This document shows, in pieces, positions 1 to 11,826 of a stretch of 64,000 bases of DNA; within the stretch, counting starts at the first letter, position 1; each line of letters opens with the position of its first letter. Where the stretch lies: NCBI GenBank assembly GCA_951406725.2, contig OX597820.1:111414001-111478000 (forward strand), read 5' to 3'. The notes below the pieces were generated by a model, which had not been told where the DNA came from, ran no database searches, and saw only the letters and a list, made by a program, of their open reading frames with translations. A program made the position numbers and the translations under genes. Source of the stretch: Octopus vulgaris (Eukaryota).

Positions 1-3000
1 GAGGGCTGCTTATAAATGCCAAAACCTTCCCAGGCAAAGAATGTACCCCTCAACATAGATTAGTAGTTAGCGACTTCAGGATCAGGGCTAAATGGATGTC
101 CAGAAGAAGACCTGCTTGGAGGAGAAGGGTCTGGAAACTTAAGGATCCTGCAAATGGGCAGAGATTTAGAAACGTATTACTCAAAGCCTATGATGAAATA
201 GAAGGGGATATAGCATCACATAATGTGGAAGGCAACTGGAGGTTTCTACGGGACAATCTGCTGAGAGCCACTGACCAGATCTGTGGATGGTGCAAAGTCC
301 CCTCTCGACCCAAGGTGACGTGGTGGTGGAACAATGTGGTTGACAGGGCTATTAGACAAAAGAAACAGGCTTGGAAGGACTGGAAGAACAGAGGTAGCAC
401 TACTGTATCAGACTGCCAGAAGGGAAGCTAGGAGACAGGTGTATTTAGCCACAGGGGAAGCAGATAAGAAAAAATTTGCCAATGTTCTGCGCCGTGAGGA
501 CCAAAGACTTGAGGTATTTCGTGTTGCAAGACAGTGTGTGAGAGAGAATCGTGATGTGGTAGGAGAGAAATGTGTTCGCATGGATGATGGTTCACTTGCA
601 CTAAATGAGGATGCAAAGAGAGAAGTTTGGAGACGCCACTATGAAAGGTTGCTGAATAAAGAAAATGAATGGGATAAAGATAGTCTGCCGAATGTCAACC
701 AAACAGAGGGACCAGCTATCCAAGTTAACAGTTCTTTGGTAGTTAAGGCAATTAGAAGCATGAAGACAGGGAAAGCCCCATGCCCATCAGGAATTACTGC
801 AGAGATGCTCAAAATATCTGGCAGTGTCGGCTATAGCCTAAGTCACCTGTATAGTTAACCAGTCACCTGTATAGTTAACACGAAGAAGTCATGCCAAATG
901 ACTGGTGTAGCAGCATAATAGTCAACTGCTACAAAGGTAAAGGTGACGCCCTAGATACAAATAACTACAGGGGTATCAAGCTGTTGGATCAGGTAATGAA
1001 GGTTACGGAGAGGGTCATAGCCCAACTAATTAGAGAGAGAGTTAGTTTAGATGAGATGCAGTTTGGGTTCATGCCAGGGAAAAGCACCACTGATGCCATA
1101 TTTCTGGTGAGACAGCTGCAGGAGAAATACCTAGCCAAAGATAAGCACCTGTACCTGGCTTTCGTTGACATGGAGAAAGCCTTTGACAGGGTCCCTTATC
1201 TGGTGGTCAATGAGGAAAGTAGGGATAGATGAATGGTTAGTGAGAGCTGTGCAAGCCATGTACAGGGACGCTGTAAGGATTGGCAACAGGTACACTGAAG
1301 AATTCAAGGTAGAGGTTGGGGTCCACCAAGGTTCAGTCCTCAGCCCCCTCCTATTTATCATAGTTCTCCAGGCAACAACGGAGGAATTCAAGACAGGATG
1401 CCCCTGGGAGCTCTTCTATGCTGACGACCTTACTCTAATTGCTGAGTCACTATCAGAACTGGAGGAGAAGTTTCAGGTGTGGAAGCAAGGATTAGAATCG
1501 AAGGGCCCTAGAGTCAACCTAGCTAAAACAAAGGTCCCAATAAGTAGGAAGGAAGACAAACCACAAACGCCTTCAGGCAGATGGCCCTGCTTGATTTGTA
1601 GAAGAGGCCTTGGTAGAAACTCTATAAGATGCACCAAGTGTAAGCTATGGACACATAAGTGATGCAGCAATGTCAAGGGAAGGCTAACTGGGAAAATAGT
1701 TTTTGTATGTGGCAGATGCTCAAGAGCAATAAACACTGAAAATCTGCAGAAAACAACTTCCGTCACTTTCCAGGGGGGAAAAACTAGAAGTAGTTGATAG
1801 CTCCCGTTACCTAGGTGACCAAGTCAGTAGCGGGGGTGGGTGTGCTGCAAGTGTAACTGCTTAGCCTGGGCAAAGTTCAGGGAGCTCTTACCTCTGCTGG
1901 TGACTAAAGGCCTCTCGCTCAGAGTAAAAGGCAGACTGTATGATGCATGTGTACGAACAGCCATGCTACATGGCAGTGAAACATGGGCCGTGACTGCTGA
2001 GGACATGCGTACGCTCATGAATGAAGCCAGTATGCTCAGCTGGATGTGTAATGTCAGTGTGCATACTCGACAGAGTGTAAGTACCTTGAGAGAAAAGTTG
2101 GACCTAAGAAGCATCAGCTGTGGTGTGCAAGAGAGACGATTGCGCTGGTATGGTCATGTGGTGAGAATAGATGAAGATAGGTGTGTGAAAAAGTGCCAAT
2201 CCTAGCGGTTGAGGGAACCTGTGAAAGAGGTAGACCCAGGAAAACTTGGGACGAGGTGGTGAAGCACGACCTTCGAACTTTAGGCCTCACAGAGGCAATG
2301 ACTAGTGACCAAGACCTTTGGAAATATGCTGTGCATGAGAAGACCCGGCAGGACAAGTGAGTCCATCCCATGTCCCTTGCCAGCCCACTTATGCATGCCT
2401 TTCCTTCCTTGGACACGCGAAGACCTGTTGAGGCAAGTGAAATCGAAATTGGATTCGAAATCAAACCTCATCCGATGACTGGCACCCATGCCAACCTCCC
2501 TTCATTGGACACTAAACTCTGCTTGTGAAGACCTATTGGGGCAAGTGAAATCAGAATCGAAATTGAACCAATCCTATGACTGGCACCCGGCAGTTGCCAG
2601 TGCCGCTGAACTGACTCCTGTGCAGGTGGCAAGTAAAGAAACACTGTTTCGACCCTGTGCTTCAGGAGACCTATTGAGTCAGGTACATCAACATCAAAAA
2701 TCAATGGAAACTGTAGTTGTGGTCCCTGTGCCAGTGGGACGTAAAAAGCACCTTCTGAACGTGGCCGATGCCAGCGCCGCCTTGACTGGCTTCCGTGCCA
2801 GTGGCATGTAAAAAGCACCAATCCGATCGTGGCCGTTGCCAGCCTCGCCTGGCACGTAAAAAGCACCCACTACACTCACGGAGTGGTTGGTGTTAGGAAG
2901 GGCATCCAGCTGTAGAAACACTGCCGGATCAGACTGGAGCCTGGTGCAGCCTTCTGGCTTCCCAGATCCCCGGTCGAACCATCCTGCCCATGCTGGCATG

Positions 3001-3025
3001 GAGAACGGATGTTAAACGATGATGA
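1..3025 (+). mobile_element. RTE-clade LINE (family A), frameshifted, runs off the window start
   Basis: End of the APE domain (QHRLVVSD). RT motifs KGKGD..NYRGI, AFVDMEKAFD, GVHQGSVLSP, FYADD and RLRWYGHV. 3' UTR ends in (GAT)n. Confidence 0.95.
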
Positions 3026-3039
3026 CATACCTCCAATAC

Positions 3040-3280
3040 ACACACTCATACATATACGCACACAATTATACATACATTTATACGCACACACACACAAAGT
3101 AAAGCACAGTTACTCCCCACACACATATACACACACACACACACTACATATACATACATACACACACACATACTTCAAACTAGCAGTACCTTCCACTGAC
3201 CATTCTCCTACACACATGTAGGTAGACACACAACAGGAGCCACTCCTACTATAAATTCTTCCACACACACACACACAGAC
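3040..3280. repeat. Compound (CA)/(TA) microsatellite
   Basis: Directly visible. Confidence 0.9.
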
Positions 3281-3397
3281 CTTTCCTTTTTCTATGTTTC
3301 TGATAAAGAGCTCCGCTCTTTCCTTAGCATCCAACAACACTATACTTATTCCACATCCTTGCGTTGTTGTTTTCTCTTTATGTTTTCATGTTTAGAT

Positions 3398-3401
<4 letters not shown>

Positions 3402-3443
<42 letters not shown>

Positions 3444-3612
3444 CATATGTATGTAAACATATATGTATGGATATATATATGCATGCAAATATATATGTAT
3501 GGATATATATGTGTGTGTATATATATATATATATGTATGGATATATATGTACATATATATGCATGCAAATATATATGTATGTATATATATGTGTGTGTAT
3601 ATATATATATAT
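3402..3612. repeat. (TA)n/(TATG)n compound microsatellite with an internal ~80-bp duplication
   Basis: The block gcatgcaaatatatatgtatg...gtgtgtgtat occurs twice. Confidence 0.9.
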
Positions 3613-4897
3613 GATAGCTGCCCCCTCGTTATCGAGTATGGCCATTGCACAAAGCTTAACTGTTAATGGCGCTGTGATCGAATGTGACTTTTCAGCCCAC
3701 CTAAAGATCTACAATGTCCTGTACAGAATTGGCAGCTAAAACCTTTACTGGTAATAGCTGGCTGTAGTTGTAACTGGGCTTCATGTACCTTTGCATGTTG
3801 TTTAAGTCCTCCTGCCGAATTACACTCTCTTCCACATGCCCGACAGATATGATTATTATGGTGTGTAACACCACCAGCAGTGGCTAGGTTGTCACTCATT
3901 TGTCTCGCTTTATGACTACGAAGATGACTCTTGAGTCCAGCTTTACTGAGGCAGGGTCTTGCACAGACACTGCAAGTCAGCATCATAGGAAGACCCTTCC
4001 CATCTGGAAGTATAACAGCGATGCCCTTCCTGACATCCCTCCTTACTTTCTCATGTGCAACTCAAGCTTTCTCAAAAGTGGCTGTCCCTTCATGCACAAT
4101 CCTTCTCCACCTGCTACGATCAATAGCTATGCCCTCCCATGTGTCAGGAGAGATGCAAGCATCTCGTAAGGAAGCCTTCAGCAAGTCCTTATACATCTTT
4201 TTTGGTTTATGTGGAGGTCGTTCTCCTTTAGCTAACGCTCCATAAAAGAGTTGTTTTGGCATCCTTGAATCCTTCATCCTGACCAGATGACCACTCCCTC
4301 CGAGCCTTTGCTTTAACACAAGAGCTTCCATACTTTCACACCGAGAGCCTTCCAATATTTTAAGATCACTGATGTGGTCCTCCCACTTAATGCCATAGAT
4401 CCGTCTGAGACACATCTGATGGAAACGTTCCAGTTGTTTAAGGTGGTATCAATATGTGACCCATGTCTCACAGGCATAGAGAAGAGAAGGGAGCACACAT
4501 GCTTTGTACACCTTTATCTTTGTCTTTCTGCATATGTCTCGCCGACTCCAGAGGAGCCCTTCTAGCCTTCCGAAAGCAACACTTGCTTTCCTAATTCTAT
4601 ATGAAATTTCATCATCCAAATTACTATATCTATTAATAGTGCTTCCTAGGTAGACAGACTGATTAACTACATCAAGTCGTTTACCATACACATAGATATT
4701 CAGTACACTTTACTGCTTACCAGGAGCAGGTTGGTACATGACAACAGTTTTGAGATTGACTGTCAATCCTAAGGCAGTGCAAGCATCAGAGAATGCATTC
4801 AAAATGTGTTGCATATCAATCTCTGTGTGTGCTACTAGCTCACAATCATCTGCATACAAAAGGTCTCTTATGATAGATGTAAATACCTTTGTTTTTG
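3611..4897 (-). mobile_element. 5'-truncated RTE/BovB-like LINE (family B) with C-terminal C2H2 fingers
   Basis: LLYADDC near 4850, YLGS, LLYACETW, GHLVRM..SRMPKQLFYG and three CxxC-x12-H motifs. Flanked by (TA)n. Confidence 0.92.
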
Positions 4898-4918
4898 CAT
4901 ATATATATATATGTATAT

Positions 4919-4968
<50 letters not shown>

Positions 4969-5015
4969 TTAAAATTTCTAAGTCTCTCTAAAGGAGACTA
5001 CGGCAGCGGTACTGG

Positions 5016-5498
5016 AAATTAACAGTTATCGCCAAGCTAATATGGCAGTCCAAAAATATAAGACTAAAGCTGCCGTTGATTAGTTCCAAGAGGCCATCGC
5101 CTCTAGCTAGCTATATGACACGCGAACCTGTGTCCATTATAACCTTCGACCGGGGGAGGTCAGCCACTTCCCCTCTCTGGTCAAACATCCGCAGATATGT
5201 TTCAGGGTATTTGCCCTTTATCAATGCAGAGTAGCCAGACCCAGCAGGCGTCGCTGCCGACCGTCTGTTTGAAGGATTATTTACCTAATTTCAGTGGATT
5301 ACTTCCACTGGTTTTCAAAAATAGAAATATGACCAGCAAGGGGAAGCAGCTGACCTCCCCTTGTTCGAGGGTTATAATGGACACAGGTTCGTGTGTCATA
5401 TAGCTAGCTTGAGGCGATGGTCTCTTGGAGCTAATCAACAGCAGCTTTAGTTTTATATTTATGGACTGCCATATTAGCTTGGCGATAACTGTTAATTT
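5016..5498. mobile_element. Non-autonomous foldback element/MITE with ~160-bp terminal inverted repeats
   Basis: 5016-5174 is the reverse complement of 5339-5498 (aaattaacagttatcgccaagctaatatggcagtcc...). Confidence 0.85.
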
Positions 5499-6803
5499 AT
5501 ATATATAAAGTCCATACTTAGCTTTGCTAATCAGTGGATCAGTAAGTTGGTGGAGACAAACCCAGCTTGGTTAAAACCATTTGCAGATGGTACAGTAGAA
5601 ACTAGTACATCTGTAAAAGTTTCAAAGTAAATTTCAGCTAAATTTGAGACAGCAATTAAGTAGAAGTGACCCTTTGTATGTTCAAACAGGGACACTATAA
5701 CTTTAGATTTATGATACAACTGTAAAAGAAGCTTAAGGATTTGACAGTATCTCTGTGTCGTCTTGTTTGGTCTTCTTTCTAAGCCAAAATCTAAAACAAT
5801 ATCTTCAAGAACATTCTACATATATCTAACATAGCACTGCATTATTACCATAAGGGTTTAGAAGAAACAGTTTGAATACTTTCATTTAGGGAATTTGTAA
5901 ACAAAAAAAAAATGAATTCAGGAAATATTTAGTTATCCTTAATAAACATTCACTGTGTGCATCAATACAAAGGACTTAAATTGGTCTGTTTTTAATAGTC
6001 TCTCTCTTAGGAAAGATATGAAAATGCACTGATGAATAGGTGATGTGCATCAGTCTCTGTTCCAACAGTGGTATAGTACTGTTAAAGACAGATCTACTTT
6101 GACATGCTTGTTAAGGAAAAAAAACTGGAAACTGATACACTATGCTCACTGGTCAAGTGTCTCAATGATTATAAACCAGAGAACACTAGAAAAATCTGAT
6201 GAACCATAAACAAATAGCTATTATGTCTTATTAATATCTATATTTTAAGAAGAATTATAAACTTCTAAAAGTCACTATCATTTGATATTTAAGAACTACA
6301 GAGTACTGTTCAATTCCCTAAAAGCTACTCAAGAACACTTGTTGCACCAAAAGATAAATCTCTCTTCGAATCCATCCATGATTAAAAGAACCATGATCAT
6401 TAAACAGAACTAGTTCTCCTAAGATGAAGACTTATAAGCTTCAAAACAATCATTGAAATTTTTGTTTACTTCTGAGGAAGTGAGGCAATTTTTCTTTTTT
6501 TTTTTTTGTGTTCTTTTTTGTTTTATGAAAATTTTGATGTGTACTAAAAAGAATGAGCTTGACTGTCTTCAAAAAGTTTCACAGACCACAGAGATAGAAG
6601 TATGTCTAGGAAGATCTATATGAAGCTAAAGGGAACTCCTCTGCTCAAGAAGAGTTTCACTTGAGGAAATAGGAGGGGCAGCCACAAGATGACCAGTCTG
6701 GTATCAGTATTAATACTGAAGATTATGGGAGACCAAGGGAAGTTGACAGCCTGTATGAGGAATTAGAAATGAGTAATCGGTGCTTGTTTGGTATCAATAT
6801 TAA

Positions 6804-9007
6804 TCCTTTGAACCCTATGAGCCCATCCTGACACGACCTCCACCCAGAGCTCCCTATGAAAATTTGCAAAAAGTTTGGTTATGATTTATTTTTATTCATG
6901 TACTAGTTTTTTGTTATTTTTTGATAAATAAACAAATAAAATAACAATTTCCTGTTGTTTATTTTATTTTCTCACTTCTATCTCCAAAACTGAACTTTAG
7001 CATGCCAGGCAATTTTGCTGTGGTAACCCAATGCACAAGAAAGCTTTACAATAATTACACTAGTAAACTGTTTTTGACTTTTTGAGAAGGTCCTTATATG
7101 TAGCACTTGGATTTTGTTATTTAGCTCTGTTGTGCTTTTCTAGGCACACTACACACCTATTGTTTGAAGAGCTCTTACCACCTCATACAGTCCATAATCT
7201 TGTAGGTGTTTGTCTGTGTTCGGACGTATTTTCACTGGTAATAGTCAGTGATAATTACCTACAAGTCCACAGCAGAGCTTTTCAACAAATTCATGGAATA
7301 TAAACACTCTTTTCCCCTGGGGATTATGTGGCTTATAATGTCTCATGATAACATACACATTATATGCAGCCCATATAAAAAATTTCATAAGGCAATGTGG
7401 TAATTTGTAATGATGTCTGTTCTGATGCAGTTTGGTAAGTTGGTCATTTTTATCGGTGCCACCCATGTATGCATTACAACTTTGGATAGCTTTTGGGCAA
7501 ACCACAGGAAGTTTTCTGTGCTCTTTACTATCATATCTTTATACATGTACTGGGGAGTGGGTTATAAATGAAAAAGTTATAAAATAAATGGGCTTTTTGT
7601 CACACCAAACAATTGCTGCTACAATTCTATTGAATAAGAGTTAAAATTGCCCCCTGCAGATTTGATTTTGTGATTTCATGAAGTTTTTGGAAAAACTTTT
7701 CAATTTGTAAGTGCAGTGCCTACTAAGCAGATTCCTCTGTTTTCCGTCAAAAACTCACACAAATATACACTAGTATAGAATCTGTCTGTAAACACACAGT
7801 AATATTGGTCACAAAACGGTTCCAACATGCAAATAACAAGGTTTCCAGTCACACCAAGCTTTTCAATTGTTTTGGCATCCTTCCTATGACCTGTATATAC
7901 TTCTGCATTTGAAATATAGCCATTCTTACTATCACAAACAAGGAAGATTTTGATAGCCCACTTCATCAGTTTATCTTTGATATACTGTTTTATAGACAGG
8001 GATTTTTTTGTCGGAATCATTCCCTCATCAAGTGACAAATTGCTTCTCAGTGAATAATGCAGCTTGAACTTTTCTAACAAGTGATTGAACTTGGGCCTGG
8101 GTTTGTAAATCCTGTCAGTTTTGTTTAGTTTTGGGTCTACTTCATTTACACTATGTAGCATAGACCATATTGCTTAAAATCTATCTATTGTAAAAGTTTT
8201 CCTTATCTCATCAATATTGTTCATAGTGGTTCTTGTGAATAAGCATTTCCATCACTACTCAACAGTCAAAAGACGCTTTTATCTCTGATATTGTCAAAGC
8301 CTGAGAACTAAAGGATTTTGCATAATAATTTGAGGGCTTTGCTTCTCTGATATGTTCCATCAGTTTCATTGACAAAGTGCTGCTACAAATCATCATCCCA
8401 GAATAAAGTGGAAAAGTCAGCAGGGCTCCTCTCCTTATTGATTGAATCTGGAATATTTTAGGGGCCAGGTGTTTCTTTAGAATTGAATTGTTTTTCTGTG
8501 TACCCTCTAGTGTCACTTGTCCACTGACAGTGTCTCACTGTCTGAGAAATCTGTTGCACACCCTGATCACATCTTCTACCATGACCACACTTCCTAACAG
8601 ATTGTAAAACATCAGTACCTGGGCCATGATTATCAGCAGAGCCGCTATCATTTTCATTCCCACCTTCATTTGCACTCATGCTATTATTTGTATTGTTGAC
8701 AGCATCATCTTCACACTTTTTGCTTTCAAAATCACTATTATTTTCATAATCAGACTCTCTATTCTCATCATCAGAATCCGACATTATCATTCATAATGGC
8801 TGCTCGGTGATCACTTTCTTACCACTAATGTTTATAGCAAAAAAAATACTCAAAAATCTGCAATTTAAGTCTAAAAAATTCTCAAAGATTCTTCCCCGGA
8901 GTTCAGCTGTGAACTGAAGCCTAAACTGTGATGTAAAACAATCTTTTATTGGTTAAATAGTTAACGGCCTAGCAAGTCTATACTATATGCTCAGGCCATT
9001 CAAAGGG
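6804..9007 (-). mobile_element. Full-length decayed piggyBac (PGBD4-like transposase)
   Basis: TTAA at 6800-03 and 9008-11, TIR (c/t)CCTTTGAA. Catalytic motifs SLDEGM, FTDRFYTS and YMGGTDKND. Acidic N-terminus and Cys-rich C-terminus, with multiple frameshifts. Confidence 0.93.
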
Positions 9008-9811
9008 TTAATATTGAAGATAAATGGGAGATCAAGCGAAGGTGATGGCCTGTATAATGAGTTAGGGACCAGTAACTGATGCTAGTCAGCCTCCATTAAC
9101 ATAAATTTTCTTACTGATTATATATTCTAACAGAACTAATTAGAAATCAAAGCTAATATTTATGTTAGTTATAATTGCTGCCATAGTTTCTGATTAAATT
9201 TGGAATGCAAATAAAACCACTGTCTACTGAATCAGTTCTCAAGAGTTTCTAAAAGTAATGAGTAACAGGTTTTACAGGTTCAAATATAATACAAAACATA
9301 AAGCATAAATATTAAATAAATGGGACAAAAATTAAACACAAGCCTTGAGGAATATTATAAAACATAATTCAGAGTATTTCATAATTCTTCCAATAAACAT
9401 CAATAATACTAATGAAACACACAGCCGTAATGTGTTCATTTTTGTACACAAGACAAACATTACAGGGGAAGGGGTTCAGTAAAACAAGAAGTTTGATTTT
9501 AAATTAAAAAACTGAAAAACCTTTTACTTCAGTGTAGGTTCCCATGTTTATAAAGAATTGTTGTCCTTATTTCAAGGTTATACTTAATGCCTCATCAAAC
9601 TTTCAGACTCTATGGACAGTGTATACATAGTCTTCTCTCAATGGGAATTAATCCAGAATCACATTGAGTTATAGCTAGATGACTTCATTCACTTTAGCAG
9701 AGAAGACTTGCCTCTAACTTGAATACTATCCATTTGAAGACTAAGTGTATATATCATTCCTGAACAGAATATGGTGTGTGTGTATAACCAAAAAAATTAA
9801 CAAGAACACTT

Positions 9812-9852
<41 letters not shown>

Positions 9853-10306
9853 TACACACAAACCATTTATTAACAGACTAATTCTATACACCATTCAGAT
9901 TAATAGATATATAGTTGCTGTCCACACAATCTGATAAGTTAGAGACACCCCTAAATGTCTAAAGGCATATGACCAAAATGTAGATAACACTCTAGGCAAG
10001 GATGGGGATTTTACATCTAATTAAATAGTTTTGTTAATAAGAATTCATTTCATAAATTTATAAGAGCAAAAACAATTCATATTGTAGGTGTATACAAAAC
10101 CTTTTTCTTTTATTTTAAACATATTTAATTGTGTAGTGAGTAAAAAAAAGAAGGTAAGATAATAAATATTACCTTAAAAAAAATTAAACAATAAAAATCA
10201 GCTTACCATGAAGACTGCTCAGATTATTAGCATAATCTTTTATGTAGTATTTTGTTTTGGGATTTAGTTTGCAAGATTCTTTATATGAGTTTGTGTGTTG
10301 AAGCAT

Positions 10307-10501
10307 ATTCTATTGTGTCTGGGGAGAATAATTTTCTTTTTGTGCCTTATAATTTAACACACTCAAGACTACTGGAAAGGTTGAAAGACGCAACAAAAAT
10401 TTTAAGAAAATAAAAATAAGGAATAAGTGGAAATTTTACCAGTGAGTGTGTTAAATTATAAGGCACAAAAAGAAAATGACTCTCCTCAGACACAACAGAA
10501 T
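10307..10501. repeat. Inverted repeat (~60-bp arms), probable Penelope-like terminal-repeat fragment
   Basis: tgtgtctggggaga...ccttataatttaacacactca is inverted relative to tgagtgtgttaaattataaggcac...cagacaca. Confidence 0.7.
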
Positions 10502-10645
10502 TTTATGCAGTAATTAAAAAATATTCAATCAGTTTACTTTCCATCCATCTTCAGGTGGCATCATTCTAACTTGTGTGCATGAGTATATATATATATACAC
10601 ACACATACATAGATACATTCACCAAGAGTGTCAAACAGTTTTTAA

Positions 10646-10870
10646 CCCTTTTGAAACCAACCTAGCTAGGACTGCCCTAGATTCCCTGATAGAAACTCCC
10701 TGTTTTAAAGTGATCTAAATTTAAACTTTCCATCAAAATTCCATGTTCATTTTTGTTTCAAATACCAGCTTAATAAGGACAAAGTTAGTTACTAAATTCT
10801 TCATTATTGTCAGAACTAACTGAAACAAAGTCATGTGTTTCAACAGAAGCTTGATTATGAAACAGGGTCA
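10646..10870. mobile_element. piggyBac-type MITE (TTAA-CCCTTT ends)
   Basis: Starts ttaacccttttgaaaccaacc. Homologous to the copy at 54495. Confidence 0.7.
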
Positions 10871-11296
10871 TATTTATGTGTGTATATATATGTGTTGGAA
10901 GTAAGATTGGTAGAAGTCAGGAAACTTAATAAACTATATGATAAGTGGTCTTTAAAAAGAGAATTTTTGTTACTGCAGTGTGTGTGTGTGTGTGTATGTG
11001 TGTGGTTTGTTACTGCAGTGTGTATGTATATGTGTGTGAATTCATGAATATTGTAACTCACAGAGTTTCATTCTTGTAACCACTAGGCTTCTATCTCTAA
11101 ACATGCCACCTGAAGACTCCTATAAAATAAACTAGTTAAAATATTGTGTGGATAACAATAAGATGAATAATAATAAGCAGCTTATTGTATATAGTGCTCG
11201 GGTGCACTACAACTAATGAAGTAACTAGTCTGGTTAATATTTAGGACTCATATATCAATCCAGAAATATAGACATGTGGTTGACAGTTTATGAACA

Positions 11297-11343
<47 letters not shown>

Positions 11344-11794
11344 AACACACATACATATACAAGTGAGTGAACAAACAAATGGAAGTAGTACTCAATACAT
11401 ATAGTTGGAATTGTATTTATTGAGTAACAGGTTGACTTAGCTCCTCATGTTTATTAAAGTTTTGTGAATGTGAAAAAAACATGACCAGTTTTAAATAACA
11501 TGAGGAGCTAAGTCAACCTGTTTACACACACACACACACACACACACACCTCTATTAGCAGTCATTATCATGACATGAAAAGAGAGTAGAATTAAATTTA
11601 GAGTAAAATTGTTTGACTGATAAAACAAAGGAAGCCATAACAGAAGTATATCAAATTAGGGCTGTAAACCAAGCCTGAATAGGTTAGTAAATTCAAATGG
11701 AGACATCACAGAGTTGTTTTGGTTAAATGAAAAGAGGAGAATTAAAAAGAAGCAGAAAGACTGTTAGTGCCTACAACCACGACAGATCACCATT

Positions 11795-11826
11795 TCATCG
11801 TTTCTGGAGCATTTTGAACTTGGATT
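11795..11826 (-). CDS. BLOC1S2: BLOC-1 subunit 2, terminal coding exon (ESKFKMLQKR*)
   Basis: ttttcag acceptor, phase 1, TGA at 11797-11795. Resembles the vertebrate C-terminus EAKYKKLEKR. Total CDS is 456 nt. Confidence 0.9.

Noticed and set aside
1660-1662. In-frame TGA as selenocysteine or readthrough
   Set aside because: The paralogous RTE copy has Arg (AGG) here, so this is an ordinary nonsense mutation in a dead element.
3378-3739. YI/CV/HT-rich ORFs (also ~10835, ~12549, ~62904)
   Set aside because: They are translations of dinucleotide microsatellites.
7030-8790. Domesticated PGBD4-like host gene
   Set aside because: Frameshifts and stops together with intact TIRs and TTAA show a dead transposon. 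The same applies to the ZBED5/SCAND3-like (43.4-45.2 kb) and ZNF862-like (15.7-17.6 kb) ORFs.
10535-10561. Hammerhead core on the minus strand (CTGAAGA...GAAA), and a half core at ~11105-11120
   Set aside because: No stem II or III, or no second box, can be formed. These are fragments only.
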